Shown piece after piece: positions 25,744-39,200 of a stretch of 64,000 nt of DNA. The DNA comes from Macrostomum lignano. Taxonomy: Eukaryota. Each line of letters starts with the position of its first letter. The first letter of the stretch is position 1. Where the stretch lies: positions 1 to 64,000 of the forward strand of contig NIVC01003892.1 in assembly GCA_002269645.1 (NCBI GenBank). Reading direction: 5' to 3'. Under the pieces are notes generated by a model that saw only the letters and a program-made list of their open reading frames with translations, was not told the DNA's origin and did no database searches. The position numbers and the translations under genes were made by a program.

Positions 25744-28533
25744 ATGCCTACCGATACCATAACGAATCAGTCTGGCATTACTAAACAGTCGGATTTACCG
25801 ATTGATCCGACTGGTGCCTCCTCGACGAATCCACCGGAGGTGGAATACCACCGGGTGTCCCAGATGGACGATTCGCCGTCAGTGGGAGCCGAGGACGACG
25901 CTCGAGTTTTGATTGGCGGTCGCCACGCCACAATGTCGGGCATTCGGTGTCATCAGCAGCGACTGAGCGCCAAGCAGTTTGTCGGTCGGTGCCCAGCCTG
26001 CCATCAGCAGGTGACCTCACGGCTGACGTACAGAATCGGCTCGAGGAGCTGCACCACTGCTGCACTGCTTGTGTGTCCCGGGTGAGCGGTCTTGCCATTC
26101 TTGGTTTAACTTGAGCAGCTTTCACTACAGAGCTCATGGGGTATTGCTCAGGTGTCCATAGACTCGTGGGGCATTCCTCAGGTGCCTATAGACTCATGGG
26201 GCATTCCTCAGGTGCTTAGACTCATGGGGCATTCTTCAGGTGCCTATAGACTCATGGGGCATTCTTCAGGTGCCTATAGACTCATGGGGCATTCTTCAGG
26301 TGCCTAGACTCATGGGGCATTCCTCAGGTGCCTATAGACTCGTGGTGCATTCCTCAGGTGCCTATAGACTCACGGGGCATTGCTCAGGTGTCTATAGACT
26401 CGTGGTGCATTGCTCAGGTGCCTATAGACTCATGGGGCATTCTTCAGGTGCCAATAGACTCATGGGGCATTCCTCAGGTGCCTATAGACTCATGGGGCAT
26501 TCCTCAGGTGCTTAGACTCATGGGGCATTCTTCAGGTGCCTATAGACTCATGGGGCATTCTTCAGGTGCCTATAGACTCATGGGGCATTCTTCAGGTGCC
26601 TATAGACTCATGGGGCATTCCTCAGGTGCCTATAGACTCGTGGGGCATTGCTCAGGGGCCTATAGACTCATGGGACATTCCTCAGGTGCTTAGACTCATG
26701 GGGCATTCTTCAGGTGCCTATAGACTCATGGGGCATTCTTCAGGTGCCTATAGACTCATGGGGCATTCTTCAGGTGCCTAGACTCATGGGGCATTCCTCA
26801 GGTACCTATAGACTCGTGGTGCATTCCTCAGGTGCCTATAGACTCACGGGGCATTGCTCAGGTGTCTATAGACTCGTGGTGCATTCCTCAGGTGCCTATA
26901 GACTCATGGGGCATTCCTCAGGTGCCTATAGACTCATGGGGCATTCTTCAGGTGCCTATAGACTCATGGGGCATTCCTCAGGTGCCTATAGACTCATGGG
27001 GCATTCCTCAGGTGCTTAGACTCATGGGGCATTCTTCAGGTGCCTATAGACTCATGGGGCATTCTTCAGGTGCCTATAGACTCATGGGGCATTCTTCAGG
27101 TGCCTATAGACTCATGGGGCATTCTTCAGGTGCCTATAGACTCGTGGGGCATTGCTCAGGGGCCTATAGACTCATGGGACATTCCTCAGGTGCCTAGACT
27201 CATGGGGCATTCCTCAGGTGCCTATAGACTCATGGGGCATTCCTCAGGTGCTTAGACTCATGGGGCATTCTTCAGGTGCCTATAGACTCATGGGGCATTC
27301 CTCAGGTGCCTATAGACTCATGGGGCATTCCTCAGGTGCTTAGACTCATGGGGCATTCTTCAGGTGCCTATAGACTCATGGGGCATTCCTCAGGTGCCTA
27401 TAGACTCGTGGGGCATTGCTCAGGGGCCTATAGACTCATGGGACATTCCTCATGTGCCTAGACTCATGGGGCATTCCTCAGGTGCCTATTGACTCATGGG
27501 GCATTCATCAGGTGCCTATAGACTCATGGGGCATTCTTCAGGTGCCTATAGACTCATGGGGCATTCTTCAGGTGCCTATAGACTCATGGGGCATTCTTCA
27601 GGTGCCTAGACTCATGGGGCATTCCTCAGGTGCCTATAGACTCGTGGGGCATTCCTCAGGTGCCTATAGACTCATGGGGCATTCCTCAGGTGCCTAGACT
27701 CATGGGGCATTCCTCAGGTGCCTATAGACTCATGGGGCATTCCTCAGATGCCTATAGACTCATGGGGCATTCCTCAGGTACCTATAGACTCATGGGGCAT
27801 TCCTCAGGTACCTATAGACTCATGGGGCATTCCTCAGGTACCTATAGACTCATGGGGCATTGCTCAGGTGCCTTAACTTTATTAACTTCAAGATAATGTA
27901 ACTGCTAAGATCTTTATTGCCGTTATGCCGAAACGCTAATTAAGTTCGTTCCTAGGCGGTGCGCACGTTACGTTTGCAACCCTCTAATTCGGCTAATTAA
28001 GTGTATTGTCATATAGTTTGAGAATAATCAAAGGACAGCAACTACCGGTATGTACATGTATCAAGGAGACCAGCGGCCCTGCAGGCTCGATTCCTAAGTG
28101 CAGTCATTATTTTGGGACTATTTTGGAATCTCGGCTTGGCTCTGCTCGTGCAATTAACGCCCTGAAAGTGTACATGCCTAAGGATAAATAAAGTTAGGGC
28201 CGCTGTACACTCCTGTGTGAGTGTGTGCCTGCGTACGTATCCTTGCGCTTGTCTGCCTGCTCAGGGGAGTCGGCGGAATGGGCAGAATCGCCTCACTGCT
28301 GCACGATTCTGAGACGATGTCAGCTAGGGTGCCCGAGGCCCTCCTTTAGTCGTAATAATAGTAAAATGTACTTTTAGCAACTAAAGAGCATCAATATATC
28401 TTGTTATTTTAGGGGCCTTTTCATTTTGCCGGCAGCATTCTTCTGGCTTCCCCTGCTGCTGGACAACTTCAAGGATGTGGTTCACACCTGCCCACTGTGC
28501 AAATGCGAGATTGGCTGCTACAAACGGAGATAA
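25744..28533 (+). CDS. LITAF/CDIP1-family (zf-LITAF-like) domain protein, about 152 aa, 2 exons
   Basis: Exon 1 25744-26081 (...CPACHQQVTSRLTYRIG...ALLVCP, donor GG|GTGAGC, phase 2). Exon 2 28413-28533 (acceptor TTTTAG; GLFILPAAFFWLPLLLDNFKDVVHTCPLCKCEIGCYKRR*). The pattern CxxC - hydrophobic stretch - DVxHxCxxC is the LITAF signature. Confidence 0.93.
26130..27872. repeat. 30-bp minisatellite in the LITAF intron (CCTATAGACTCATGGGGCATTCCTCAGGTG)
   Basis: About 58 units including 28-bp deletion variants. Confidence 0.97.
28070..28300 (+). mobile_element. SINE family B copy (uninterrupted, 5'-truncated)
   Basis: CAGCGGCCC...GGCTCGATTCC (B-box)...AAGTGCAGTCA...GGCTCTGCTCGTGCAATTAACG...GGCCGCTGTACACTCCTGTGTGAG...GGGGAGTCGGCGGAATGGGCAG matches the reverse complement of 41575-41788 plus 42675-42742. 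Confidence 0.85.
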
Positions 28534-29299
28534 ACTAAAGTACATTTGATAAGAAATCGAAATTGTCTGCACACAATATTTGACCTTTTCTGTGTTTTCC
28601 TTTGCCTGCTTTATTTATTTTCGTTAACCAGTTTAAATCATTTATTCATTACTGTTTGCACATTTAGACTGTTTTGATTTAATCGATAACTTATAACTGA
28701 AAAATATAAAGAACTAATCATCATCTCGTCATATAGTTGAATTATATTTTATATTTAATGCTTCTAAAAAAAGCACAAAGACTTTATTACTTGTTATTAC
28801 CAAAATTTTATAATTAAAACATACAATATCAGCTACAGAAAAAATATACATTTGTAATTGAATTCAGTAGTGTAATCAAATTAAATCAAATAAAAACTTC
28901 ATTTTCTGGAAAAGTGAAAAAAATCTTTATATGCTTTGTGCGCTACTATAAATAGTTTTAAGCAGTATATTCTACCGACTTTTAGCTAATCGGAAAGAAA
29001 ATATAGACGAAATTAATTGGCAGACCGTGAAGAGCTGTGTGAAAATGTAGCCACACATAATTAAAATGGTGATATTTTAGGCACACTTTAGCAGCAAAGA
29101 AAAGAAATGCATGGTGCACTGAACTGAATCTTCCTTGCATGTTGCAGACAATTATTGTAAAAATAAAAAATATCTGTGATTCTCAATCATATATAATTTG
29201 CAGGCACTTAATTGGAATTTAAATTAGTCTCATTTAGCAACAGAATCAAAGTTTAGCGATTAACAAAAAATAACGCACAAGGACTCAGGCAGGTGCAAT

Positions 29300-29350
29300 G
29301 ACAGACAGACAGACAGACAGACACTAAGACAGACAGAGAGACAGACAAGC

Positions 29351-29391
<41 letters not shown>

Positions 29392-29422
29392 GGCAGGCAG
29401 ACAGACAGACAGACAGACGGGC

Positions 29423-29495
<73 letters not shown>

Positions 29496-29590
29496 GGCAG
29501 GCAGACAGACAGGCAGACAGGCAGACAGGCAGACAGGCAGACAGGCAGACAGACAGACACTAAGACAGACAGACAGACAGACAGACACTA

Positions 29591-29623
<33 letters not shown>

Positions 29624-29702
29624 GGCAGACAGGCAGACAGACAGGCAGACAGGCAGACAGACAGGCAGACAGGCAGACAGGCAGACAGACAGACAGACAG
29701 AC
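29300..29702. repeat. (CAGA)n microsatellite with CAGG variants
   Basis: Directly visible. Confidence 0.97.
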
Positions 29703-29766
29703 AAGTGTGACTAGCCAGAGGCGAAGATCCGTCAGTCCCGCAGCTCCCGATCAAGCCGCAATCGCA

Positions 29767-32510
29767 TCAGCCATTCACTGGCGGCAGCCTTTGATTCTGT
29801 TCCCGAGATTGTCCGCCGGACCGGCTGCTGGATTCTCTTCTAGGAGATGCTGCAGTTGAAGCAAATTTTGATAGTCGATTACTGCCAGTCTCCGGCCGGA
29901 CAATCTGGCGTCTTGAAGCTTCGGGACTTGCGGCAGGCTGCTGCTGCTGTTGCTGCCGTTGCCTCTGCTCTTCGGCTTCAAGGGCCCACCGACGCAAAAG
30001 GGCTGAGCAGCCGGACTCAGCGAGACCCCGTTTGTAACAAAGTCTGATGGAGAAATAGGGAGGACTGAGGCTTAAATGAATAGCTAAGCGCCAAGCATAA
30101 GCCTACGGAATCGCGCCAAACTGAATTTATCTGCACGATGGCGCCAGATTAAACCTGTCTGATGGCGCCAAACTAAGCCTGTCTGATGGCGTCAAACTAA
30201 GCCTGTCTGATGGAGCCAAACTAAGCCTGTCTGATGGAGCCAAACTAAGCCTGTCTGATGGCGCCAAACTAAGCCTGTCTGATGGCGCCAAACTAAGCCT
30301 GTCTGATGGCGCCAAACTAAGCCTGTCTGATGGCGCCAAACTAAGCCTGTCTGATGGCGCCAAACTAAGCCTGTCTGATGGCGCCAAACTAAGCCTGTCT
30401 GATGGCGCCAAACGAAGCCTGTCTGATGGCGCCAAACTAAGCCTGTCTGATGGCGCCAAACTAAGCCTGTCTGATGGCGCCAAACTAAGCCTGTCTGATG
30501 GCGCCAAACTAAGCCTGTCTGATGGCGTCAAACTAAGCCTGTCTGATGGCGCCAAACTAAGCCTGTCTGATGGCGCCAAACTAAGCCTGTCTGATGGCGC
30601 CAAACTAAGCCTGTCTGATGGCGCCAAACTAAGCCTGTCTAATGGCGCCAAACTAAGCCTGTCTGATGGCGCCAAACTAAGCCTGTCTGATGGCGCCAAA
30701 CTAAGCCTGTCTGATGGCGCCAAACGAAGCCTGTCTGATGGCGCCAAACGAAGCCTGTCTGATGGCGCCAAACTAAGCCTGTCTGATGGCGCCAAACTAA
30801 GCCTGTCTGATGGCGCCAAACTAAGCCTGTCTGATGGCGCCAAACTAAGCCTGTCTGATGGCGTCAAACTAAGCCTGTCTGATGGCGCCAAACTAAGCCT
30901 GTCTGATGGCGCCAAACGAAGCCTGTCTGATGGCGCCAAACTAAGCCTGTCTAATGGCGCCAAACTAAGCCTGTCTGATGGCGCCAAACTAAGCCTGTCT
31001 GATGGCGCCAAACTAAGCCTGTCTGATGGCGCCAAACTAAGCCTGTCTGATGGCGCCAAACTAAGCCTGTCTGATGGCGCCAAACTAAGCCTGTCTGATG
31101 GCGCCAAACTAAGCCTGTCTGATGGCGCCAAACTAAGCCTGTCTGATGGCGTCAAACTAAGCCTGTCTGATGGCGCCAAACTAAGCCTGTCTGATGGCGC
31201 CAAACGAAGCCTGTCTGATGGCGCCAAACTAAGCCTGTCTGATGGCGCCAAACTAAGCCTGTCTAATGGCGCCAAACTAAGCCTGTCTGATGGCGCCAAA
31301 CTAAGCCTGTCTGGTGGCGCCAAACTAAGCCTGTCTGATGGCGCCAAACTAAGCCTGTCTGATGGCGCCAAACTAAGCCTGTCTGATGGCGCCAAACGAA
31401 GCCTGTCTGATGGCGCCAAACTAAGCCTGTCTGATGGCGCCAAACTAAGCCTGTCTGATGGCGCCAAACTAAGCCTGTCTGATGGCGTCAAACTAAGCCT
31501 GTCTGATGGCGCCAAACGTAACCTGTTTAATAGCGCTAAATTAGGCCTGTTCTATCTGAATCTTTAATCTTGCCACAAACATAGTAAGCAATAAAAAACA
31601 GCAGTAACTTTCGATCCCTTCTCACCTGGCCTCCAGCTGGTAGTCTCTAGAAATAAGCGACTGTAGTTCGGCCAACTTTTGCACCATCTTAATCTGTGTA
31701 AATAATAATAAAATTGTTTGGCGTATGTTGATAAACAAACAAGCTACTTATATCAGTAGAGAGTACGCAATCATACACTATTATATATACCTGATTGCTG
31801 ACAGGCGGAATGACTACCGACTTTGATCTTTGCCGGGGCGTCTCGAACGACACGTGGCGCGCTTCGGTTTTTGAATCTTTGCCCGCCTGAGGCTTTTCTT
31901 GCTCCGGTTTCTTTTTAATCGTTGCTTTATCGTCGTTTTTGTTGGCTTTGGTGGCAACGCTTGTCTTTTTGTCGGTTTTGCTTTTTACGATTGGCTCGGC
32001 AGACTTTGAGCGAATCTGCCGAACTGGCGCAGCTTTCGGCTTTGCAGCTTTGCCGATTTTTGTCTTCTTCTTTTTTCGCTGGGTTTTTGGTTGGGACATT
32101 TCCGTTTCTTTCGCTGGGCTGTCAGCTGATTGCTCGGGCAATTGCTGGTCTTTTGCGTCCGCAGTTGTCGATGAAATATCGTTCGCGTCTGCCTCCGGGT
32201 CAACGTCCTCGTGGGCGACTTCGTTTGTTTCTGGTTGATTTTGGTTCTCAGTAGGTTCTGGTTGTTCCTGGTTTTCTGTTGCTTCCGGATTCTCTGCTGC
32301 ACAAGCGGTGTCGTTTGTAATGGATTCTTCCTCCTGTTGATCATCGTTGGACGCCAACAACTCTTCCTTCGATTCCTCAAGCTCTTTAGCGTCACTATTT
32401 TCGCCTTCCGTCTGTACTGACGGCGCATTTTCGTCGCTTTCGGCATTGGTTAGAAAAAATGCGCCGGACTCTGCCTGCGGCTGCGAAGGCTCCGACGATT
32501 GGTCGTCCAT
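29767..32510 (-). CDS. Orphan protein, about 354 aa: acidic disordered N-half, Lys-rich middle, short predicted helical C-terminal segment, polyQ
   Basis: Exon 1 32510..31791 (MDDQSSEPSQ...VIPPVSNQ, CAG|GTATAT). Exon 2 31693..31626 (IKMVQKLAELQSLISRDYQLEA, AG|GTGAG). Exon 3 30043..29767 (RLCYKRGLAESG...PPVNG*). Phases 0 and 2 join correctly. Confidence 0.8.
30140..31520. repeat. 24-bp minisatellite in intron 2 (GTCTGATGGCGCCAAACTAAGCCT)
   Basis: About 57 highly homogeneous units. Confidence 0.98.
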
Positions 32511-33399
32511 GCGAGACCAGTCATGCAAATTGTTTTGATAGATTTTTTATGAACTTGTTACATGTGATTTACTAAGATAACAGTGCATGAATGTATCTAT
32601 GATCTATGTATATGTTGTGCCGATTGAGGCTATATTACGACATAAAAAACAAGCTAATTTTCATTTATGCAAGAATTGGCAAGTATTTTTTAGAGCCCTT
32701 TTCGTTGGAACATGATCTTTAAGACAGAAATGTAAAAAAATCATTTTAAAGTATATTCAACTGTCCTTACTTTTTAACATGCCTCAAAACAAAAAGGTTT
32801 TCATATATGATCATCAAACCATGTATTACCTATCTAAAACATATCATAAATCCAGAGGAGAAGTCAGATAAGGTAAAGTGTTTAAGCATCCTGATCCTTA
32901 AAACACACAGGATTCTAATTGCTTTAAAGAGCAAAAATAGAATCAGACTAAAATCAGTGACAGTAATCACTATTCACAATGAAATGACCTGTGATCTAAA
33001 TGTGAAACCAATCTTAAAAATAAAATGAATCAAAAACTTTAAAACAAATGAATTATATAGGGCCAGTAATCGCCTTTTACTTCTTGAATCATACTGTTTC
33101 TCTGAGAAATACTCGAGTCTCGCGGCTCGCTTTAAAGGAACTTTAGTAGTCCTGACTCGCCAGTCGCCCTTAAAAAAGTTCACTAAACATATTAAAAAAT
33201 CACATAACCTACGCGCAATTAAAATTGTTGTTTCACGGGAAACGATTGGATTCACATAAATAAACAACAGTCTATTTTTAAATGCATTTATGAATAAATC
33301 CAAAATAAAAATAGTCTATTTCATAAAATTTATGCTTTTATTAACACGTATCGGGGTCGTGAACTTTCCTGCTATTGCAGTTTTCAATGCTTTTAAATG

Positions 33400-33560
33400 A
33401 TTGATCACGAGTTACGAATAGCGCGCGGGCCTGATGCACTAAAAGCACAAAATTTTGATCACGAGTTACGAATAGCGCGCGGGCCAGGCCTGATGCACTA
33501 AAAGCACAAAATTTTGATCACGAGTTACGAATAGCGCGGGCCTGATGCACTAAAAGCCAA
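33400..33560. repeat. Three tandem ~52-58-bp units (TGATCACGAGTTACGAATAGCGCG...CCTGATGCACTAAAAGC)
   Basis: Directly visible in otherwise AT-rich intergenic DNA. Confidence 0.85.
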
Positions 33561-36285
33561 TAACTGATCCCTATATAATGGCCAGCCTACTATAGCAAGC
33601 TCAGCCTACTATATTTTAATTTACATGTAATAGGCCTGGGCCCTAGGCCTAGTCTGTCATAAATAACACTAGTGTAAATCAGGGAGATTGCATATGTATG
33701 TATGTTATGTTGTTAAGCCAATATGGTATGGATTCTAATTGGTGAATGTTATTAAAATATTAGGCATTATATATATTAATATAATCTAATATTAATATAC
33801 CAAAAATTTTGGCAAAAGTGAAATGTTTGTTTTATATGATTGATTTTATAAAAAAATTCTACCTTCTACCTGTTATTTAAACTAAGAGGGCCTAGCTATA
33901 TGACTTATTACTTTTCTAAAAAAATCAACTTACATTTTTCAATGTCATACAAGAAACCATAAAGAAAAAAAATTAATGCAATTTTGGATAAACAGCAAGA
34001 GTAACTATAAATGTCTTATCAAGGCTAAATGCCTAGTTATCTAATTAGTACTATGTCTACATTTTAGGATGGACATTTGCCATTTTGGCAATTTATCTTA
34101 GTTGGGTCTCTCACTGGGTTTTTTTTAAGGTTGGAAATCCATTTGCCAGCTGGTCCTTGGGGCTCAAAATCTAGTTGCCAATAGCTGGGCCCTATTTTTG
34201 GTTGCCCATTGGCAACTAGCCAAATTCTCAAGGATGGATATTTCTAAGGCTATGTTTGAAAGCAGAAATTTATTCTCTTAACTCTAAGATTGCTATCTAT
34301 GCTGCAAAGTGCAAATAATAATAAGCTAACAATTCTATTATATGATCATATTGATTCATTTGGCACTTTTATTACACTTACAAAATCATCTCTTGAAATT
34401 GGCTACTGGCACAGGGAAAATAAAGTTGCCAGATTGGCCTTTGATGCCAAAAATCCAATTGCTAATGAGATTTTCAAGGGGCCAAAAAAACCCTGTAGGG
34501 CCATTCCATATAATTATGGTTGTAACATGACAGGCTATTTTTACTTATAAAATGAAATCTAATCATACTCGTAGAATATACTAAACCAATATTTTCCATG
34601 AAAGATTATTTTGTCAAGAAAATCTTTATATAGTTTCATATAGATATCATCAACAGTATAGATGCTATTAAACCTTGAATGGCACTTATGGTCGTAACAA
34701 CAGGATTTTTGACATAGAAACTAAAAGGTAAAAGTCTTATAACATTTATCATTTTTGATATTTTGCAATACATTTTTTAAATTCAACTAAGAACATCTTA
34801 AGAAATCATACTCTTTTATTAGAATATATAAACTCATAAAGGCAACAAACTACAAAGATACAAAAGAAAAGGCAGCCTTATGGTCGTAACATTATGGTTG
34901 TAACATTTTTTTTCTATCAATTCAGTAACTTTAAGTTACCAATTGTATGGAGATTATATGGTTGCTAATGTTTTTATCTGATTATGCAAGTACTATAATT
35001 TTATCTATAGTTTGTTTCAACCTTCCAGAGCTTTTCATTTGTTTTCAAGAGGTACACAAAGTTAATGATGTCTTTTGCTTAGAAAAATGTCCAAATTTTT
35101 ACAAAAATGGCTTTTTGCTAATTGATAACATACTAATCCAACATTTTACCATTCATTTGTTCTTAGATTGTATAAATTACATATAAAAAACATTTGGCAA
35201 AAAAAATGGCTGATAAGGCAATGGCAAGCAAAAATATTGACTTTTTTCTATTTTCCAAATATGTCTATCTTATCTGGAATGAGCCTGTATGGCCCAAAAA
35301 AACCAAGGTCTCTCACCAGCTAGCTGCATTGGACCAGTTTCCAGTTTCCACACAGGTTTAATCATTGCAATTCATGGCTTTACCAAAGTGCTCCTCTATA
35401 TAGCAGTTTTTTTAAAGAAATTGGCAACAACAAAGCAACTTACACCAAATGTTTGAACTTTCTATCTTTGTGAATAAATTTTTTATCATTGTTCCTTTGA
35501 ATATATTCTACAAATGTACTTATAAACAGAAAAATGAAAGTTCACATTTATAATCACTTTGATAGCAGTTTAGGCCGCTATACAACAAATTTATTTAACT
35601 ATCAATTAGCACTACTGGCAAGTGATTGATGAGTAGTGAGGTAGGTATATTATTGACTGAATTATTCATATATTAGTATTGAAATCAGTTCTGTTAGAAA
35701 TTCAAATTAAATCAAATCGGTTAAAAAATATTTTGTCCTATTTCTAAATTGGATACCAATGAAACACCCTTGGGGGAGTTAATACAATTTAAGTTTAGTA
35801 TATAAGAGTAACTTTAAAGTAAACAAATTAAATTATACTTGTTTGGTTCAAGGTATGCATTTGATGTTTTTGAAATATTTGGCTATTTATATCTCTTTTT
35901 TTCAATCAGTTGTTTTGAATTTTGCTTTATAAGGTAAAAAACATTTTTTGAATGTTATGTAACCATAATTCAATCTAGCCTGCATTAGTCTAAAGAATTT
36001 TTTAAATGATAAAAAGTAATAAGGGTATATAATATTGATTTTTGGTGTCAAACAGATTTAGGAGTACAAATTTTACTAGGATGCTTGGATTTTATATTAG
36101 AATTTATATTCTTATTCTAATTCAATAAAAATTAGTACTATTAGCAAATAGCAAAACTTAAATCAAAATTAAGAAACCAAATCAAGTTGCACAAAGAAAT
36201 CGGTGGTAAGTGGCAAGGCTGGTGTAATTTCAGAGATTGTGCTTATAAGGTGTTACCTGCCTCCTTCAGTGCTCATAAGGACGGG

Positions 36286-39200
36286 ATGCCTCCAATTGCC
36301 AAGAGAAAAGCTAAGAAAAGGCGACTTCTGTGTCGCGGCCGACCCAAGGGCCCAATGAAGCGACCGCGGCTTGAAGTTTTCGGACTGCCTTTAGCTGGCC
36401 AGTCTGGCCGAAACAGCAGCGAAGATTCTAGCGACGAGGAAGACTGCCAAGAAGTTGTGGCCGCTGAGTGGCCAGTTCAGCTGGGGCAGTGCTTGGGCGG
36501 CTTCCAGCTGGAGTCCGAGCTGGACAGGAAGCAGAACTGCTGCATTGCCGGCTGCACAGTTGAGCTGAGCGGGCCTGCGAAGGTGTGAGGGGTCAAAAGG
36601 TCAAATATGCGTGATTTGCTAAAGCTGTTATTGTTAGTTTTGTCGAATTGCTCGTCTAGAGGCTAAGCTTACTATCTTAGTACTGTGTACTATCCCAGAA
36701 TCCCAGATCCTCAGTAGCTGGGCCAGCCTCCCAGATCCTCGGTAGCTGGGCCAGCCTCCCAGATCCCCATGCAGTTGCTGGGCCAGCCTCCCAGATCCCC
36801 AGTTGCTGGACCAGCCTCTCAGATCCCCAGTTGCTAGGCCAGCCTCCCAGATCCCCATGCAGTTGCTGGGCCAGCCTCCCAGATCCCCAGTTGCTAGGCC
36901 AGCCTCCCAGATCCCCATGCAGTTGCTGGGTCAGCCTCCCAGATCCCCAGTTGCTAGGCCAGCCTCCCAGATCCTCAGTTGCTGGTCCAGCCTCCCAGAT
37001 CCCCAGTTGCTAGGCCAGCCTCCCAGATCCCCATGCAGTTGCTGGGCCAGCCTCCCAGATCCCCAGTTGCTGGACCAGCCTCTCAGATCCCCAGTTGCTA
37101 GGCCAGCCTCCCAGATCCCCAGTTGCTGGACCAGCCTCTCAGATCCTCAGTTGCTAGGCCAGCCTCCCAGATCCCCAGTTGCTAGGCCAGCCTCCCAGAT
37201 CCTCAGTTGCTAGGCCAGCCTCTCAGATCCTCAGTTGCTGGTCCAGCCTCTCAGATCCCCAGTTGCTAGACCGGCCTCCAAGATCCTCAGTTGCTGCTAT
37301 TGCTGGTCCAGCCTCTCAGATCCTCAGTTGCTGGGCCAGCCTCTCACATCCTCAGTTGCTGAGCCAGCCTCTCAGATCCTCAGTTGCTGGTCCAGCCTCT
37401 CAGATCCCCAGTTGCTAGGCCAGCCTCTCAGATCCTCAGTCGCTGGGCCACCGGCCTCCCAGATCCTCAGTTGCTGGGCCACCCGCCTCCCAGATCCTCA
37501 GTTGCTGGGCCACCCGCCTCCCAGATCCTCAGTTGCTGGGCCACCCGTCTCCCAGATCCTCAGTTGCTGGGCCACCCGCCTCCCAGATCCTCAGTTGCTG
37601 AGCCACCCGCCTCCCAGATCCTCAGTTGCTGGGTCACCCGCCTCTCAGATCCTCAGTTGCTGGTCCAGCCTCTCAGATCCCCAGTTGCTAGGCCAGCCTC
37701 TCAGATCCCCAGTTGCTAGGCCAGCCTCTCAGATCCCCAGTTGCTAGGCCAGCCTCTCAGATCCTCAGTCGCTGGGCCACCCGCCTCCCAGATCCTCAGT
37801 CGCTGGGCCACCCGCCTCCCAGATCCTCAGTTGCTGGGCCACCCGCCTCCCAGATCCTCAGTTGCTGGGCCACCCGCCTCCCAGATCCTCAGTTGCTGGG
37901 CCACCCGCCTCCCAGATCCTCATTTGCTGGGCCACCCGCCTCCCAGATCCTCAGTTGCTGGGTCACCCGCCTCCCAGATCCTCAGTTGCTGGGTCACCCG
38001 CCTCCCAGATCCTCAGTTGCTGGGCCACCCGCCTCCCAGATCCTCAGTTGCTGGGCCACCCCGCCTCCCAGATCCTCAGTTGCTGGGTCACCCGCCTCCC
38101 AGATCCTCAGTTGCTGGGCCACCCGCATCCCAGATCCTCGGAATGGTTAACAATCTGTCTCAATAACCCCAATAACCGCAGGTGCCTCTCTGCAAGCTCC
38201 GTTGCGGCCTGTACGAGCTCCGGCCGGGCAGCGGCGCCCTGGACTTCGTTTGCACCGGGCACGCAGCCGCCGCAGCCGCGGGTTGCGAGCTGGCCGCCTT
38301 GCACGGGCCGGGCCCCGCGCCCGCCCCAGAGGCCCGCGTCTGCCTGCTGTGCAAGTGCAGCTGCTTAACCTACGGTGTAGCCTGCATCAGGCACAGCGTC
38401 CCGGCGCCTAGCGACCTGTTTCTCAACGACTGCAGTGGCGCCGGCGGCTCCTCAGTCCGCCTGTGCTCCAGTTGCGCTCACGTCGACGCTCTCGAATTGG
38501 AATCCGGCAGTGCAACCGGCGCTACAGTCTTTCACTTCGCTTGTCGGCGCTGTCACTCAAATCTGATTGGCGGCGGCAGCTTGGCCATCGAGCAACAGCT
38601 GGCTGGCGAAGCTAAAGACGCTAACGAGAAAGATAATAGCCTACTTATTAGTAGTAAATTGGACGTTGATGACGACGAAGTTGGTGGCTATTTTGCCGAA
38701 TTGCCGTCCAGCGGGGTGAGTCGTATGGGTTAAATTGAGTTGCAATGGAGTGATAATAGAGACACAATGGAGTGATAATAGAGACACAATGGAGTGATAA
38801 TAGAGACACAATGGAGTGATAATAGAGACACAATGGAGTGACAATAGAGACACAATGGAGTGATAATAGAGACACAATGGAGTGATAATAGAGACACAAT
38901 GGAGTGACAATAGAGACACAATGGAGTGACAATAGAGACGCAATGGAGTGACAATGGAGATGCAACAGGGTGACGAGGAGACAATGGAGTGACAGACAGG
39001 CCTGGCACAATAGGATCAATCGAACCTCAAGTGTCGGCTATTTGCTCAGGCAGCAGTTAATTTAAAAGTATATGCGAACCTCTGTTCAACCTGCCGCAGG
39101 TGCCAGCGCCGCCGCCGCCGCAGCCGTCAGTTTCGCTGTCAGCTGACTCGCTCGAAGCTTCGCTTCTGTCTGAGCAGCGGCGCCGTCGACGCATCCAGTT

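Noticed and set aside
28190-28300. HDV-like ribozyme suggested by GGCGGAATGGGCAG in SINE B
   Set aside because: Could only find a simple local hairpin; no P1/P1.1/P3 nested pseudoknot elements.
30127-31515. 462-aa LSLAPSDR repeat ORF on the host gene strand
   Set aside because: It lies inside a phase-consistent intron; retention hits TGA immediately after the donor, and no closing donor was found.
30140-31520. Hammerhead ribozyme cores suggested by CTGATG repeats
   Set aside because: The unit has CTGATGG rather than CTGANGA, and no GAAA partner or stems.
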